Assembly: GCA_041082215.1 (NCBI GenBank)
Contig: JBDOIF010000093.1
Location: 69,504 to 133,503 of the forward strand
Direction: 5' to 3'
Origin: Anaerolineae bacterium
Lineage (GTDB): Bacteria; Chloroflexota; Anaerolineae; B4-G1; DUEL01
Length of the DNA stretch: 64,000 nucleotides
Below are positions 40,691-50,515 of the stretch, in pieces (within the stretch, counting starts at the first letter, position 1; each line of letters starts with the position of its first letter). The position numbers were made by a program, and so were the translations under genes. Below the pieces are notes generated by a model. That model saw nothing but the letters and a program-made list of their open reading frames with translations. It did not search any database and was not told where the DNA came from.

Positions 40691-42856
40691 ATGGCTGAGA
40701 ATTTGAACCCTTCGATCGAGGAGATACTGGCCCAGTTCCGAACCGCCGGGGAGCGGGAGCTGGTCCGGCGGGCCTATGACTTTGCCGTTCTCTCCCATTC
40801 CGGGCAGTTCCGCAAGTCGGGCGAGCCGTACATCAACCACGTGCTGGCTGTGGCCGGGCTGCTGGCGGACCTGCGGATGGACGCCGAGACGGTGGCGGCG
40901 GGCCTGCTCCACGATGTGGTGGAAGACTGCGGCGTGCCGGTAGGGACGCTGGAGGAGCAGTTCGGACCTGTCATCGCCTCGCTGGTGGACGGGGTGACCA
41001 AGCTGCAGGAGATCAACCGGCTGGGCCGGATGGGGGCCGAGGACCGGGATGAGCGGGAGCTGGAAAGCCTGCGCAAGACCTTCCTGGCGATGGCGCGAGA
41101 CGTGAGGGTGATGCTCATCAAACTGGCCGACCGCTTGCACAACATGCGCACCCTCGATGCGCTCCCTCCCGACCGGCAGCTACGGATCGCCCGTGAGACA
41201 ATGGAGATTCACGCTCCGCTGGCCAACCGGCTGGGCATCTGGCGCTGGAAGGGAGAGCTGGAGGACCTGGCTTTCCGTTATCTGCAACCGGAGGTGTATC
41301 ATCAGATCGCCAGCCAGCTGGCGGCCCATCGGGAGGAAAGGGAAAAAGAGATCGAGCCGTACATCGCGATGCTCGACCATCACCTGCGGCTGGAGGGGAT
41401 CGAGGCAAGGATCACCGGCCGCCCCAAGCACATCTACAGCATCTACCGCAAGATGCAGCGCAAGCAGATCCCCCTGGAGCGGGTCTACGACATCCGCGCC
41501 GTCCGCGTCATCGTGGACACCATTCCCGATTGTTACCACGTCCTGGGAATCGTCCACAACCTCTGGACCCCCATCCCCGGTGAGTTCGACGACTACATCG
41601 CCACGCCGAAGGAGAACATGTACCAGTCCCTCCACACAACAGTGGTGGGGATGAACGGGAAGACGCTGGAGGTGCAGATTCGGACCTACTATATGCACCG
41701 CATCGCTGAATACGGCATCGCCGCCCACTGGCGGTACAAGGAGGGAACCCGTCGGGACCGGGAGTTTGAGGAGAAGATCGCTGCCCTGCGGGCGCAAATC
41801 GAGGCCCGGAGCGAGGCGGAGGACGCAAGGGAGTTCGTGGAGGCGATGCAGGCCGACCTCTTCGAGGACAGGGTCTATGTGTTCACCCCCAAGGGGAAGA
41901 TCATTGACCTGCCGGCCGGTGCAACGCCCATTGACTTCGCCTACTACGTCCATACAGAGATCGGCCATCGCTGCCGGGGAGCGAAGGTGAACGGCCTGTG
42001 GGTGCCGCTGGATTACGTCCTCAAGACCGGCGACCAGGTGGAGATCATCACCGCCAAGCGGGCATCTCCCAGCCGGGACTGGCTTAACCCGGACCTGGGA
42101 TATGTCCGGACCGCGCGTGCCCGCACCAAGATCCGCCGCTGGTTCCGCCAGCAGGACCGGGATAAGAACATCTCGCTGGGGCGGGCGATCCTGGAGCGGG
42201 AGTTGAAGCGGCTGGGGCTGACGGGGATGGCGCATGAGAAAGTGGCCAGCCTCATGGGGTATGAGAACGTCGAGGACTTCCTGGCCGCGATCGGCTTCGG
42301 CGACATCAACAGCCAGCAGATCGCCTCCCGTGTGGTGGAGGTGACGAGGAGGGAAGCGGAATCCGAACTGGAAGTCCCGCCGGTCGTGCCGGCCCGACCG
42401 GAGGCGACGCCCGAGATCCACGTCCTGGGCACGGGGGGGTTGCTCACCCGTCTGGGCCGCTGCTGCAACCCCATCCCCAACGAACCGATCGTCGGCTACG
42501 TCACCCGGGGGCGGGGGATCACCGTCCACCGGCGGGAGTGTCCCAACGTCCTCAACGTGCGGGACCCCGAGCGGCTGATTGAGGTCAGTTGGGGGAAGCA
42601 GGCCCGCACCTTTCCCGTCCTGATCTCCGTGCTGGCCTACGACCGGACAGGGCTTCTGCACGACATCAGCGGGGTCTTCGCCAAAGAAGGAATCAACATC
42701 TCCAACCTCAGCATCAGCCGGAAACAGAACCTCGCCAGCCTGTACATCACGCTGGAGGTGACCGACATCGGGCAGTTAGGACGGGTGCTGGCTCGTATTA
42801 ACAAAGTACCGAACGTGATCGAGGCGCAGAGGCAGCAGGCCTCCAGTTCCAGATAA
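40691..42856 (+). CDS. rel: Bifunctional (p)ppGpp synthetase/hydrolase (long RSH)
   Basis: RKSGEPYINH, LLHDVVED, KLADRLHNMRTL, YQSLHT, EVQIRT, TGS (TPIDFAY), CCNP, ACT. Confidence 0.96.
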   Translation: MAENLNPSIEEILAQFRTAGERELVRRAYDFAVLSHSGQFRKSGEPYINHVLAVAGLLADLRMDAETVAAGLLHDVVEDCGVPVGTLEEQFGPVIASLVDGVTKLQEINRLGRMGAEDRDERELESLRKTFLAMARDVRVMLIKLADRLHNMRTLDALPPDRQLRIARETMEIHAPLANRLGIWRWKGELEDLAFRYLQPEVYHQIASQLAAHREEREKEIEPYIAMLDHHLRLEGIEARITGRPKHIYSIYRKMQRKQIPLERVYDIRAVRVIVDTIPDCYHVLGIVHNLWTPIPGEFDDYIATPKENMYQSLHTTVVGMNGKTLEVQIRTYYMHRIAEYGIAAHWRYKEGTRRDREFEEKIAALRAQIEARSEAEDAREFVEAMQADLFEDRVYVFTPKGKIIDLPAGATPIDFAYYVHTEIGHRCRGAKVNGLWVPLDYVLKTGDQVEIITAKRASPSRDWLNPDLGYVRTARARTKIRRWFRQQDRDKNISLGRAILERELKRLGLTGMAHEKVASLMGYENVEDFLAAIGFGDINSQQIASRVVEVTRREAESELEVPPVVPARPEATPEIHVLGTGGLLTRLGRCCNPIPNEPIVGYVTRGRGITVHRRECPNVLNVRDPERLIEVSWGKQARTFPVLISVLAYDRTGLLHDISGVFAKEGINISNLSISRKQNLASLYITLEVTDIGQLGRVLARINKVPNVIEAQRQQASSSR

Positions 42857-42870
42857 GGAAGGGAATAGAA

Positions 42871-45255
42871 GTGGACGCCATTATCGTAACGTACAACCTG
42901 CTCGGCACGGGGCCGGGGGCCTTCGTTTACCATTTCCTCATCCTGCTGGCCCTGGAGGCGGTGGCCGGGATCGCCTTCACCGAATACCGGCGCACCCGCA
43001 ACCCCGATCAGTACCGGCTCCTCGTGGCCTTCTCCATACTGTTCCTGCTCCGCGTCCCGCTCCTGGCCGGCAGCCTTCTGGGAGCGTCCATCACCGCCCC
43101 CCTTCTCTACGCCCTGGAGGTGGTCAGCCTGGCCCTGCTGGGATGGGCCTTCCTTGCCCCACTGATCGGCCGCCGCGCTGGGCGGTGGTTCCTGACCGCC
43201 AACCTTCTGACTGTGGCCGCAGTCCTGGCCCTCTTCTTCCCTCTCTGGCAGCGGATGCTTTCCGCCGCTCCCTTCTTCGAGTACATCGCCTTCTGGCAGC
43301 AGCCCCTCTGGGACCTGTGGGCTACATTGCTCGCTCTGACGACAGCCGTCGTTCTCCTGACCCGACAGAGGCAGACGGTGCACCTCTTCCCGGCCGTCGC
43401 CTTTCTTCTCCTCACGCTCGGCAACGGACTGATCCTGGCAGACCAACTGGGGCTGGGGCGGCTGGTCAACCTGCTTGGCTATCCGCTGCTGGCACTGGCT
43501 GTCTATCGGGCAGCCCTCCAGGACCTGTGGGCAGCGCGGGAGGAGCTGGAGAGGTTGAGCGAGGGGTCCCTCCGCCAGACCCAGGAGCTTCTTTTCACCG
43601 TGGAGGTCAGCCGCGCCCTGGGCGAAACCCTCGACCTGAACGCCGTCCTCCAGCAGGTCGTGGAGGCTGTCGCCCACGCCCTGCACGCCGACCAGTCAGC
43701 CATCTTCCTTTCCGAAGACGACGAGACCCTCCAGCTCGCTGCCCGATATACCCCCCTTCCGGCTCGCGCGCGGCCGGAGGAGTCCCCCAGGGTGGCCGTA
43801 GACGCCCAGCCGGCCCTGGCCTATGCAGTGCAGCGTCGGCGACAGCTCCTTCTCAAACCGGAGACCGCCACACCTCAACTCCGGTCCCTCTATGCCCTGC
43901 TGGGCAGCCAGAAGGTCGGCCCTCTTCTCATCCAGCCCCTGATCCGGCAGCGACGGGTGCTGGGTGTGCTGGTGGTGGGCAACGACCACAGCGGGCGGTC
44001 CTTCGAAGAGCGGGAGGCCCGCCTCTGCCACTCCATCGCCGCTCAGGTCAGCGCCGCCATAGACAACGCCCGCCTGTACCGACGCCTGGAAGAGCAGGCC
44101 CGGCGGCTGGCAGACGCCCTGACCCGCACGGAGGAAGCGGTCGGCCTGCGAGAGGCCATTCTGGAAAGCATCGTCGAGGGGGTGATCGTCACCGACAACA
44201 AAGGGCATGCCGTGCTGTTGAACGACACGGCGGCGAACATTCTTGGGGCCAGGAAAGAGCAGCTCCTGGGCCGGCCCCTCCAGCGGCTCCTTGAACCGAC
44301 CGCCTGGGGGCAGCCCGCCGATATGAGCCGGCTGATGGAATCCCCCACCCCACTCCAGACCCTTCTGGAGCTGGAGGGGAAACGGATCCACGTGAGCGCA
44401 GCCCCCGTCCACGTCTCCTCCGGCGAACGGGTCGGAACGGTGGCAGTGCTGCGGGATGTGACCGGGGAGATGCAGGCGGAGCAGGCCAAACGGGAATTCA
44501 TCGCCACCATCTCCCACGAACTCCGCACACCCCTTACCGCCATCCTTGGCTACGCCGAAGCCCTCCACAGTGGAATGGCCGGGGAGCTGACCGGAACGCA
44601 GAAACGGCTCGTCCGCACCATCCACGAAAATGCCCGCCGGATGACCGCGATGGCCAACAACCTGATCGCGCTGGCAGAGGCGGAGCGGGGCCGCCTCGAG
44701 CTGGAGTACAGGGAGACCGACCTCCCGCTGATCATCGGCGAGACCCTCCAGGCCTTTATTCCCCAGATGAAGGCCCGCCAGTTGACCTGGGAACTGGAGA
44801 TCGAAGATGGCTTCCCGCCCATCGAAGCAGACCCGGAGCGGATCCGTCAGGTGGTCGCCAATCTGCTGAGCAATGCGGTGAAGTTCACCCCGCCGGGCGG
44901 CCACATCACCATAGGCACGGCGATTGTGCGGGAGAAGGGTATAACCGATCCTCACTTCTGCCGGCTCTGGGTTGCGGATACCGGCATCGGCATTCCAGTG
45001 GAGGAGCAGCACCGGATCTGGGAGCGGTTCTACAGCGCGGAGGAGCCACTGAAGACAGAAGCCGGAGGGCTGGGGGTGGGGCTGGCTATCGTCAAGTCCC
45101 TGGTGGAGGCCCACCACGGCCGCGTATGGGTTGACTCGGCCCCCGGCGAGGGGAGCACCTTCACCCTGCTCCTCCCCATCCGCCGCCCCCCAGCCCCCTT
45201 CACGACGGGAGAGCCAGACTACCCCGATATGGAAGCGGCCACGGGCGCGGGTTAG
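42871..45255 (+). CDS. Multi-TM GAF-PAS sensor histidine kinase
   Basis: About 7 TM, GAF (AIDNARLY), PAS (ESIVEGVIVTD), SHELRTPLT, NLLSNAVKFT, GLGVGLAI. Confidence 0.92.
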   Translation: MDAIIVTYNLLGTGPGAFVYHFLILLALEAVAGIAFTEYRRTRNPDQYRLLVAFSILFLLRVPLLAGSLLGASITAPLLYALEVVSLALLGWAFLAPLIGRRAGRWFLTANLLTVAAVLALFFPLWQRMLSAAPFFEYIAFWQQPLWDLWATLLALTTAVVLLTRQRQTVHLFPAVAFLLLTLGNGLILADQLGLGRLVNLLGYPLLALAVYRAALQDLWAAREELERLSEGSLRQTQELLFTVEVSRALGETLDLNAVLQQVVEAVAHALHADQSAIFLSEDDETLQLAARYTPLPARARPEESPRVAVDAQPALAYAVQRRRQLLLKPETATPQLRSLYALLGSQKVGPLLIQPLIRQRRVLGVLVVGNDHSGRSFEEREARLCHSIAAQVSAAIDNARLYRRLEEQARRLADALTRTEEAVGLREAILESIVEGVIVTDNKGHAVLLNDTAANILGARKEQLLGRPLQRLLEPTAWGQPADMSRLMESPTPLQTLLELEGKRIHVSAAPVHVSSGERVGTVAVLRDVTGEMQAEQAKREFIATISHELRTPLTAILGYAEALHSGMAGELTGTQKRLVRTIHENARRMTAMANNLIALAEAERGRLELEYRETDLPLIIGETLQAFIPQMKARQLTWELEIEDGFPPIEADPERIRQVVANLLSNAVKFTPPGGHITIGTAIVREKGITDPHFCRLWVADTGIGIPVEEQHRIWERFYSAEEPLKTEAGGLGVGLAIVKSLVEAHHGRVWVDSAPGEGSTFTLLLPIRRPPAPFTTGEPDYPDMEAATGAG

Positions 45256-45262
45256 CCTCCGG

Positions 45263-45757
45263 CTACCCCTTCGCAAGGGCCAGGGCCAGCGCGGCCGCCT
45301 CCTCCGCGCTTTCGGCGTAGCGGATGGGGGGCAGCGGATGGCCTTCCCGTTCGACCCGCCAGGTCCCCAGCCCCACCACCGGCACGCCGAAGCGAAGCGC
45401 ATAGGCGATCTCGGAGAGCGTACCGAAGCCTCCACCGATGGCGATCACGGCCTGCGCTGTGCGGACAATGATGACGTTGCGGGCCTCCCCCATCCCGGTG
45501 ACGATGGGCAGGTCTACATAAGGGTTGGCCTCCTGCGCGTCGGGGCCGGGGAGGATGCCGACGGTGAAGCCACAGGCCTGTTTGGCCCCCCGGCAGGCCG
45601 CCTCCATCACGCCCCCCCGACCGCCACAGATGAGCACCGCCCCGCCCTCGGCCAGCGCCCTCCCCACCGCCTCCGCCGCTGCCATCTCTCCAGGCGTGGG
45701 CGTCGCCCCCCCGACGACAGCGATGATCGGCCTGTCTCTCATCCCCCTACCCATCAT
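45263..45757 (-). CDS. TIGR00725 / LOG-like Rossmann-fold nucleotide-binding protein
   Basis: CGGRGGVMEAACRGA, TVGILPG, TGMGEARN, GGGFGTLSE; alternative start 45742. Confidence 0.88.
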   Translation of the reverse strand: MMGRGMRDRPIIAVVGGATPTPGEMAAAEAVGRALAEGGAVLICGGRGGVMEAACRGAKQACGFTVGILPGPDAQEANPYVDLPIVTGMGEARNVIIVRTAQAVIAIGGGFGTLSEIAYALRFGVPVVGLGTWRVEREGHPLPPIRYAESAEEAAALALALAKG

Positions 45758-48083
45758 AGCGCCGCAGATACGCCACTGCCTTTTCCTCTTCGGCGTTCAT
45801 CACCACCTCCAGGAGCCGACCGCCCGACGCCGCCCGCACATCAATCAATTTGACGTAGCGGGCATAAGCCGCGCTGTCGGGCAGGAAGGCTGGAAGCGCA
45901 TTGGGGCTCTCCTCGAAAAAGGCCCGGTTGAATTGCGCCCCCTCATCGTCTGGATAGAGGGGAAGGGGGTAAATGTTAGCCTCCACCAGGTCCTGAAAGA
46001 AGTGCGTGCCGTAGGAGACCTCAGGGGTTCCCTCCGGGCCAGCAAAGGCGATCTCGACCAGCATCGAGGTGTTGTAGATGTCGGCGTAGCTGACCTTGAC
46101 CCCCAGGTCAATATTGGAACTCCCCCACCGACCCGGGCCGATCAGGATGTAGCGGTGTCCCTCGAGCCGCTTGTTCAGCCGCCCGATGACCCGCCCGATC
46201 TCATACCGGGTAGCGGGGTCCGGGGCCCCGGCATAGCGGGCCGGGTCAACATAGACCACGTATTCGATGCGGGAGACAAGGCCCTCCGGCACCATTCGGG
46301 TGGCGATAAAGACAATGTCCTCAGCAGGAATGTACGAAGGAATCTGGGAAGCAGCCTGTTCCGGCCGGCTGCTGAGGGGGCGGCACTGGAGGAGGTGGAG
46401 GGTAAAGCGATAATGGGGGCGGTCCGGGAGGACATCCAGGGTAAATTCGATATCAACTGGTCGGCCATAGGCCCGCTCCAGCTTCCGCATGACGGCTTTC
46501 ATCAGGTCGGCGAAGTCACTCTCGCCAAGCAACCGGTCGAAGGTCAACACCAGCGACCGGGGCGGAAGGGCCGGCTCGCGGAAGCGCATAGGGTGGAGGT
46601 ATTCCCCCTCGTCCACCGAGGCCAGAAGTTCGATCCCGGCATAATCGCCGCGGAGGATCTCGGCTACCGGCAGTGTCCTGAAGGCATTCTCTTCCACGTC
46701 AATGACGTCCATGAAGTGCTGGGAGTATTTTCGGACCTCGTCCAGGGTAACCTCGGGACGGAGCCGGGGGTGGCTGAGGGCGACCATACGGGGGTAATCG
46801 TTAGCCACCCGCTCCACGGCGCGGGTGCCCAGACCGACGACGATGCGCAGGAAGCCGTCCTCACGACGGATCCTCCGGTTCCATCGGAAGGGATTTCGCC
46901 CGAAGCCTACCCCAGCCACCAGGGGGAAGAAATAGCGGCCGAAGCGGGAACCCTCAACTCGCTGGATGAGCACGGCCATCCGCTCGTCGTAGTCCAGGAG
47001 CCCCACCTGTCGGCGGTAGAAAAGGGCGTTCGGATTCAGCGTGCTGGCGTAGACGCGGCGGACCGCTTCGAGCAATGCCTCCAGGTTCTGGGCAAGGCTG
47101 CCCTGGTTGGGGCAGAAGAAGCTGTCGTACTTGCCCGCGAAGGAGTAGCCGAAGTTATCCTCCAGAAGGCTGGAGGAACGGACAACCAGCGGGGTCCCCT
47201 CCATCTCTTCCACCAGCTCTGCCAGCCGGTCCACCACCTCTTCCGGGAACCGGCCGCGGAGAAAGTGCCGACAGATTTCTGGGTAGTCTGCCTCGATCTC
47301 CTCCCGGCTCTTGTATTTTTGATCAGAAAAGCGGAACAGCTCATTGAGGGCCATGAAGTCGTAGAAGACGTCGGCGCCGATGAAGTAGGAATCGGGGATA
47401 ACGACATACTGGCCGAACGGGAACGGGTCGTCCGGCTCCTCCCGCTGGAGGACCTTGTAGGCGAGCATCATCCCTGCTGCCTTGCCGCCGATCTTCCCCC
47501 GTCCGATACGGCGGCGGTAAATCTCTTTCAGGTCGTGGATGTCGAAGTACTCCCGCGCCACGCCGACGAAGTTAAGCTGATCGCTGACCATACCGCGAAT
47601 GAGGACGACGATGATCTGCTGCAGGTGATGGCGCACCTTCGCCTTCTTTTCCGTAGGCAGCCGCTCGTATTCCTCCGCCTGGGCGAAGAGCATGTCCCAG
47701 GGGGCCAGTTCGGGGTTGAAGGTAAGGACGATCTCCTCCCCCGGCTTGCGTGCGCTCAGGGCGGAGCGCACGATCTCCTCGAAGAGAGCGTGAGGGAGAT
47801 TGAGGGCAAAGTAGAAATCGGTCAGGTGGTCCCGGACGATGCGCAGCCGCTCCGCCCACTCCTCCGGCGATTCCTGGATATAGGGTTCGGTCAACCCCTC
47901 CTTCCTCTGAGTGAGAACAGCCTTGCTGCGGACCTCCTCTTCAAACTGTTCGGGGGTGATGATCCCGCGGGCGAACAGCTCCTGACGCATCCGTTCCCGT
48001 ATCCTGCGCGCCAGGATAGGGTATTCGGAGAGCTTCAGATAGACCTCCATCACCTTGGGCATTCGATGGATATCGAAGGACAT
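45747..48083 (-). CDS. PEP synthase/PPDK N-terminal (ATP-grasp) domain protein lacking swivel and PEP-utilising domains
   Basis: IGGKAAG, VRSSSLLED...SFAGKY, MAVLIQ, GLGTRAV; C-term GPGRWGS and SYGTHFFQDL; ATG at 48083 after GGAGG. Confidence 0.85.
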   Translation of the reverse strand: MSFDIHRMPKVMEVYLKLSEYPILARRIRERMRQELFARGIITPEQFEEEVRSKAVLTQRKEGLTEPYIQESPEEWAERLRIVRDHLTDFYFALNLPHALFEEIVRSALSARKPGEEIVLTFNPELAPWDMLFAQAEEYERLPTEKKAKVRHHLQQIIVVLIRGMVSDQLNFVGVAREYFDIHDLKEIYRRRIGRGKIGGKAAGMMLAYKVLQREEPDDPFPFGQYVVIPDSYFIGADVFYDFMALNELFRFSDQKYKSREEIEADYPEICRHFLRGRFPEEVVDRLAELVEEMEGTPLVVRSSSLLEDNFGYSFAGKYDSFFCPNQGSLAQNLEALLEAVRRVYASTLNPNALFYRRQVGLLDYDERMAVLIQRVEGSRFGRYFFPLVAGVGFGRNPFRWNRRIRREDGFLRIVVGLGTRAVERVANDYPRMVALSHPRLRPEVTLDEVRKYSQHFMDVIDVEENAFRTLPVAEILRGDYAGIELLASVDEGEYLHPMRFREPALPPRSLVLTFDRLLGESDFADLMKAVMRKLERAYGRPVDIEFTLDVLPDRPHYRFTLHLLQCRPLSSRPEQAASQIPSYIPAEDIVFIATRMVPEGLVSRIEYVVYVDPARYAGAPDPATRYEIGRVIGRLNKRLEGHRYILIGPGRWGSSNIDLGVKVSYADIYNTSMLVEIAFAGPEGTPEVSYGTHFFQDLVEANIYPLPLYPDDEGAQFNRAFFEESPNALPAFLPDSAAYARYVKLIDVRAASGGRLLEVVMNAEEEKAVAYLRRYDG

Positions 48084-48133
48084 CCTGCTTCTCCTCCATT
48101 CCCTGCGAGCCAGGGGCGAGGCAAGCCCTGTCC

Positions 48134-49396
48134 CTAAAGATACCGCAACCAGATATACCCCATCGCCAGAAGCAGAGACACGAAGGTCGTCAGCACGCCG
48201 TAGCCTGCAAAATGCCAGAAGCGAATGGGATGGCCGCTCCGCTCCGCCAGCGAGGCCACGACCACGTTGGCCGACGCACCCACCAGCGTGGCGTTGCCGC
48301 CCAGGCAGGCCCCCAGCGCCAGCGACCACCACAGCGGCTCTACCGGCATCGCCCCTCCCAGGCTCTCCACCAGCGGGATCATCGTCACCGTGTAGGGGAT
48401 ATTATCCACGATGCCAGAGACCAGCGCCGAGATCCACAAAAGCACCATAGATGCCAGGCGGACGTTCCCATCCACCACGCGCAGGGCCGCCTGCGCCACC
48501 GCCCGGATGACCCCCGCCTGCACCAGTCCCTCCACCACGATGAACAGGCCGACGAAGAAAAAGAGGGTGGTCCACTCCACCTCCCGGATCACAGGATGGG
48601 GGTCCGTCCGGCTCCACAGCAGGAGGACGGTTGCCCCGGCCAGGGCGACGGTGGCGGACTCTATGTGCAGCGCGCCGTGGAGCAGGAAACCGATGATCAC
48701 CCCGGCCATCACGATGACCCCTTTGCGCAGGAGGGGCCAGTTGGTGATCAGCTCCTCCGCCTCCAGCGCGGAGAGGTCGGCGGCCCGTACTGGCCGTGCC
48801 CGCAGCTCCTTGCGGAACATCAGCCAGGCCAGGCCGAAGAAGGCCAGCAGGATGATGGTGCTGATCGGCCCCATATGGGCGATAAACGTGGCGAAGTCTA
48901 TCCCCGCCGCGCTGCCGATGAGGATGTTCGGCGGGTCGCCGATGAGCGTCGCTGTCCCGCCGATGTTGGAGGCCAGGATCTCAGCGATGAGAAAAGGCAG
49001 GGGGTTCAGGCGCAGTTGCCCCGTCACGAACAGAGTGACCGGCACGACCAGGATGACGACCGTCACGTTGTTCAAGAAGGTTGAGGCAAAAGCGGTAACC
49101 AGGCAGAGGATGAGCAAAATCCACACTGGGCGGCCCCGGCCCAGCCGCACGGCCTGCACGGCCACCCACTGAAACAACCCTGTTTCCTGCAGGATGTTCG
49201 TGATGACCATCATCCCTACCAGCAGGAAAATGACGTTCCAGTCTATGGACCGGAATGCCTCTGCCTGGGTGACCACCCGCAGCAGGATCATCGCCACCCC
49301 GCCCAGCATGGCAGAGGTCGTCCGATGGACCCGCTCGGTGACGATGAGGATATAGGTGACGACAAAGACAACGGCGGCAATCCAGGTCTGGTTCAC
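48134..49396 (-). CDS. ArsB/NhaD/SLC13-family ion transporter
   Basis: SNIGGTATLIGDPPN, VDNIP, GACLGGNATLVGASAN; GTGA overlap with the upstream gene. Confidence 0.9.
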   Translation of the reverse strand: MNQTWIAAVVFVVTYILIVTERVHRTTSAMLGGVAMILLRVVTQAEAFRSIDWNVIFLLVGMMVITNILQETGLFQWVAVQAVRLGRGRPVWILLILCLVTAFASTFLNNVTVVILVVPVTLFVTGQLRLNPLPFLIAEILASNIGGTATLIGDPPNILIGSAAGIDFATFIAHMGPISTIILLAFFGLAWLMFRKELRARPVRAADLSALEAEELITNWPLLRKGVIVMAGVIIGFLLHGALHIESATVALAGATVLLLWSRTDPHPVIREVEWTTLFFFVGLFIVVEGLVQAGVIRAVAQAALRVVDGNVRLASMVLLWISALVSGIVDNIPYTVTMIPLVESLGGAMPVEPLWWSLALGACLGGNATLVGASANVVVASLAERSGHPIRFWHFAGYGVLTTFVSLLLAMGYIWLRYL

Positions 49397-50268
49397 CGGA
49401 CCTCCCCTGTTTCCGATTCCCGCCGGGCCAGGCAGTGGACCAACAGGCCCAGCAGGTCCACATATCCCACCACATGGTACATCTCATCCACGACCGGCAG
49501 GCCGGAGAGGCGATGTTCGTGCATCCGCATCAGCGCCTGCTTGAGGGTATCCGTCTCCCTCACCCAGACCGGCTGTTGCATGCCGTCGGCGGCGGTGCGG
49601 ATGCGGGTCTTGGCCGCAAACTCCGCCACCCGCTCCAGGTCTGTGACCTCCCGCAGCAGCTCCTCCGGCAGGATGTAGAAGAGAAGGTCATCGGCGATGG
49701 CGTAGATATCCAGAAGTCCGGCGAGCTGTCCTTCCTCCGTCACCACGCAGGCGACGCGGACGCCGGGATGGGCAGCCAGAGCGCGCGCCACCTCGTCCAG
49801 CGGGGCGTCGAAGGGGACGGTGACCGGTTCCAGGCCGGCCATACGCGCTACCTCTCCCACTTCCATCTCCCGCCACCCCACACAAACCGGTCGGGGCGGC
49901 GCCTTTTCCGCTTCGGGACCGGCCGGTCGCTCTTTCCGCAGCCCGCGCGCCTCGGCGACAGGGAGGACCAGGAGGATGCCGCTGTTGGGGCGCTCGAACC
50001 CGCCCACCACCCGCTCCGCCTCGGCGACAGCGCGCGCCAGCAGCGTTTCGTCCTCGATAGCCGTCAGCAGGGTGCGCCGACGGATCTCCTCGACCTCAAA
50101 GAGTCGCTCCAGCGCCCCCAGCCCCACCCGCTCCAGCCAGGTATGGGCCCGGTACGCGCCGACGCTTTCCAGAATCGTCGCCCTCGGCACGCCAGCGTCC
50201 CACCAGGCCCTCAGAAGGTTCGGCAGAGCCTTGACATCGTCCAGGATCACAACTAGAAGGTATACCAT
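49393..50268 (-). CDS. PII-like domain fused to a CBS pair
   Basis: N-term YLLVVILDD...AGVPRATILESVG...SGILLVLPVAEARGL; C-term CBS (LSGLPVVDE...VGYV); ATG at 50268. Confidence 0.75.
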   Translation of the reverse strand: MVYLLVVILDDVKALPNLLRAWWDAGVPRATILESVGAYRAHTWLERVGLGALERLFEVEEIRRRTLLTAIEDETLLARAVAEAERVVGGFERPNSGILLVLPVAEARGLRKERPAGPEAEKAPPRPVCVGWREMEVGEVARMAGLEPVTVPFDAPLDEVARALAAHPGVRVACVVTEEGQLAGLLDIYAIADDLLFYILPEELLREVTDLERVAEFAAKTRIRTAADGMQQPVWVRETDTLKQALMRMHEHRLSGLPVVDEMYHVVGYVDLLGLLVHCLARRESETGEVR

Positions 50269-50438
50269 TCCTCTCTCCTTATCGTCCTGCGCCATCACAA
50301 AAACTACGTCCTGAATGGACCAGAAAGCAGCTTCTGTGTTCTCCGTGTCTCTAAGGTGAGCAATTATTGAGTATTTATGATACCACAGTTGCAGGGGCGA
50401 GGCCAGCTTCATCGCCGGAGGAGAACGCGGAGGCCCAC

Positions 50439-50476
50439 AAAAAGAGAGCCCCTGCCAGCCGGCCACTGGCAGGGGC
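50439..50476 (-). terminator. Intrinsic terminator after gdh
   Basis: Perfect 11-bp stem GCCCCTGCCAG / CTGGCAGGGGC followed by UCUCUUUUU on the minus strand. Confidence 0.75.
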
Positions 50477-50515
50477 CTTCTCAGGAGGATGGCCGCTGGT
50501 CAGGTCAGGCCCGGA

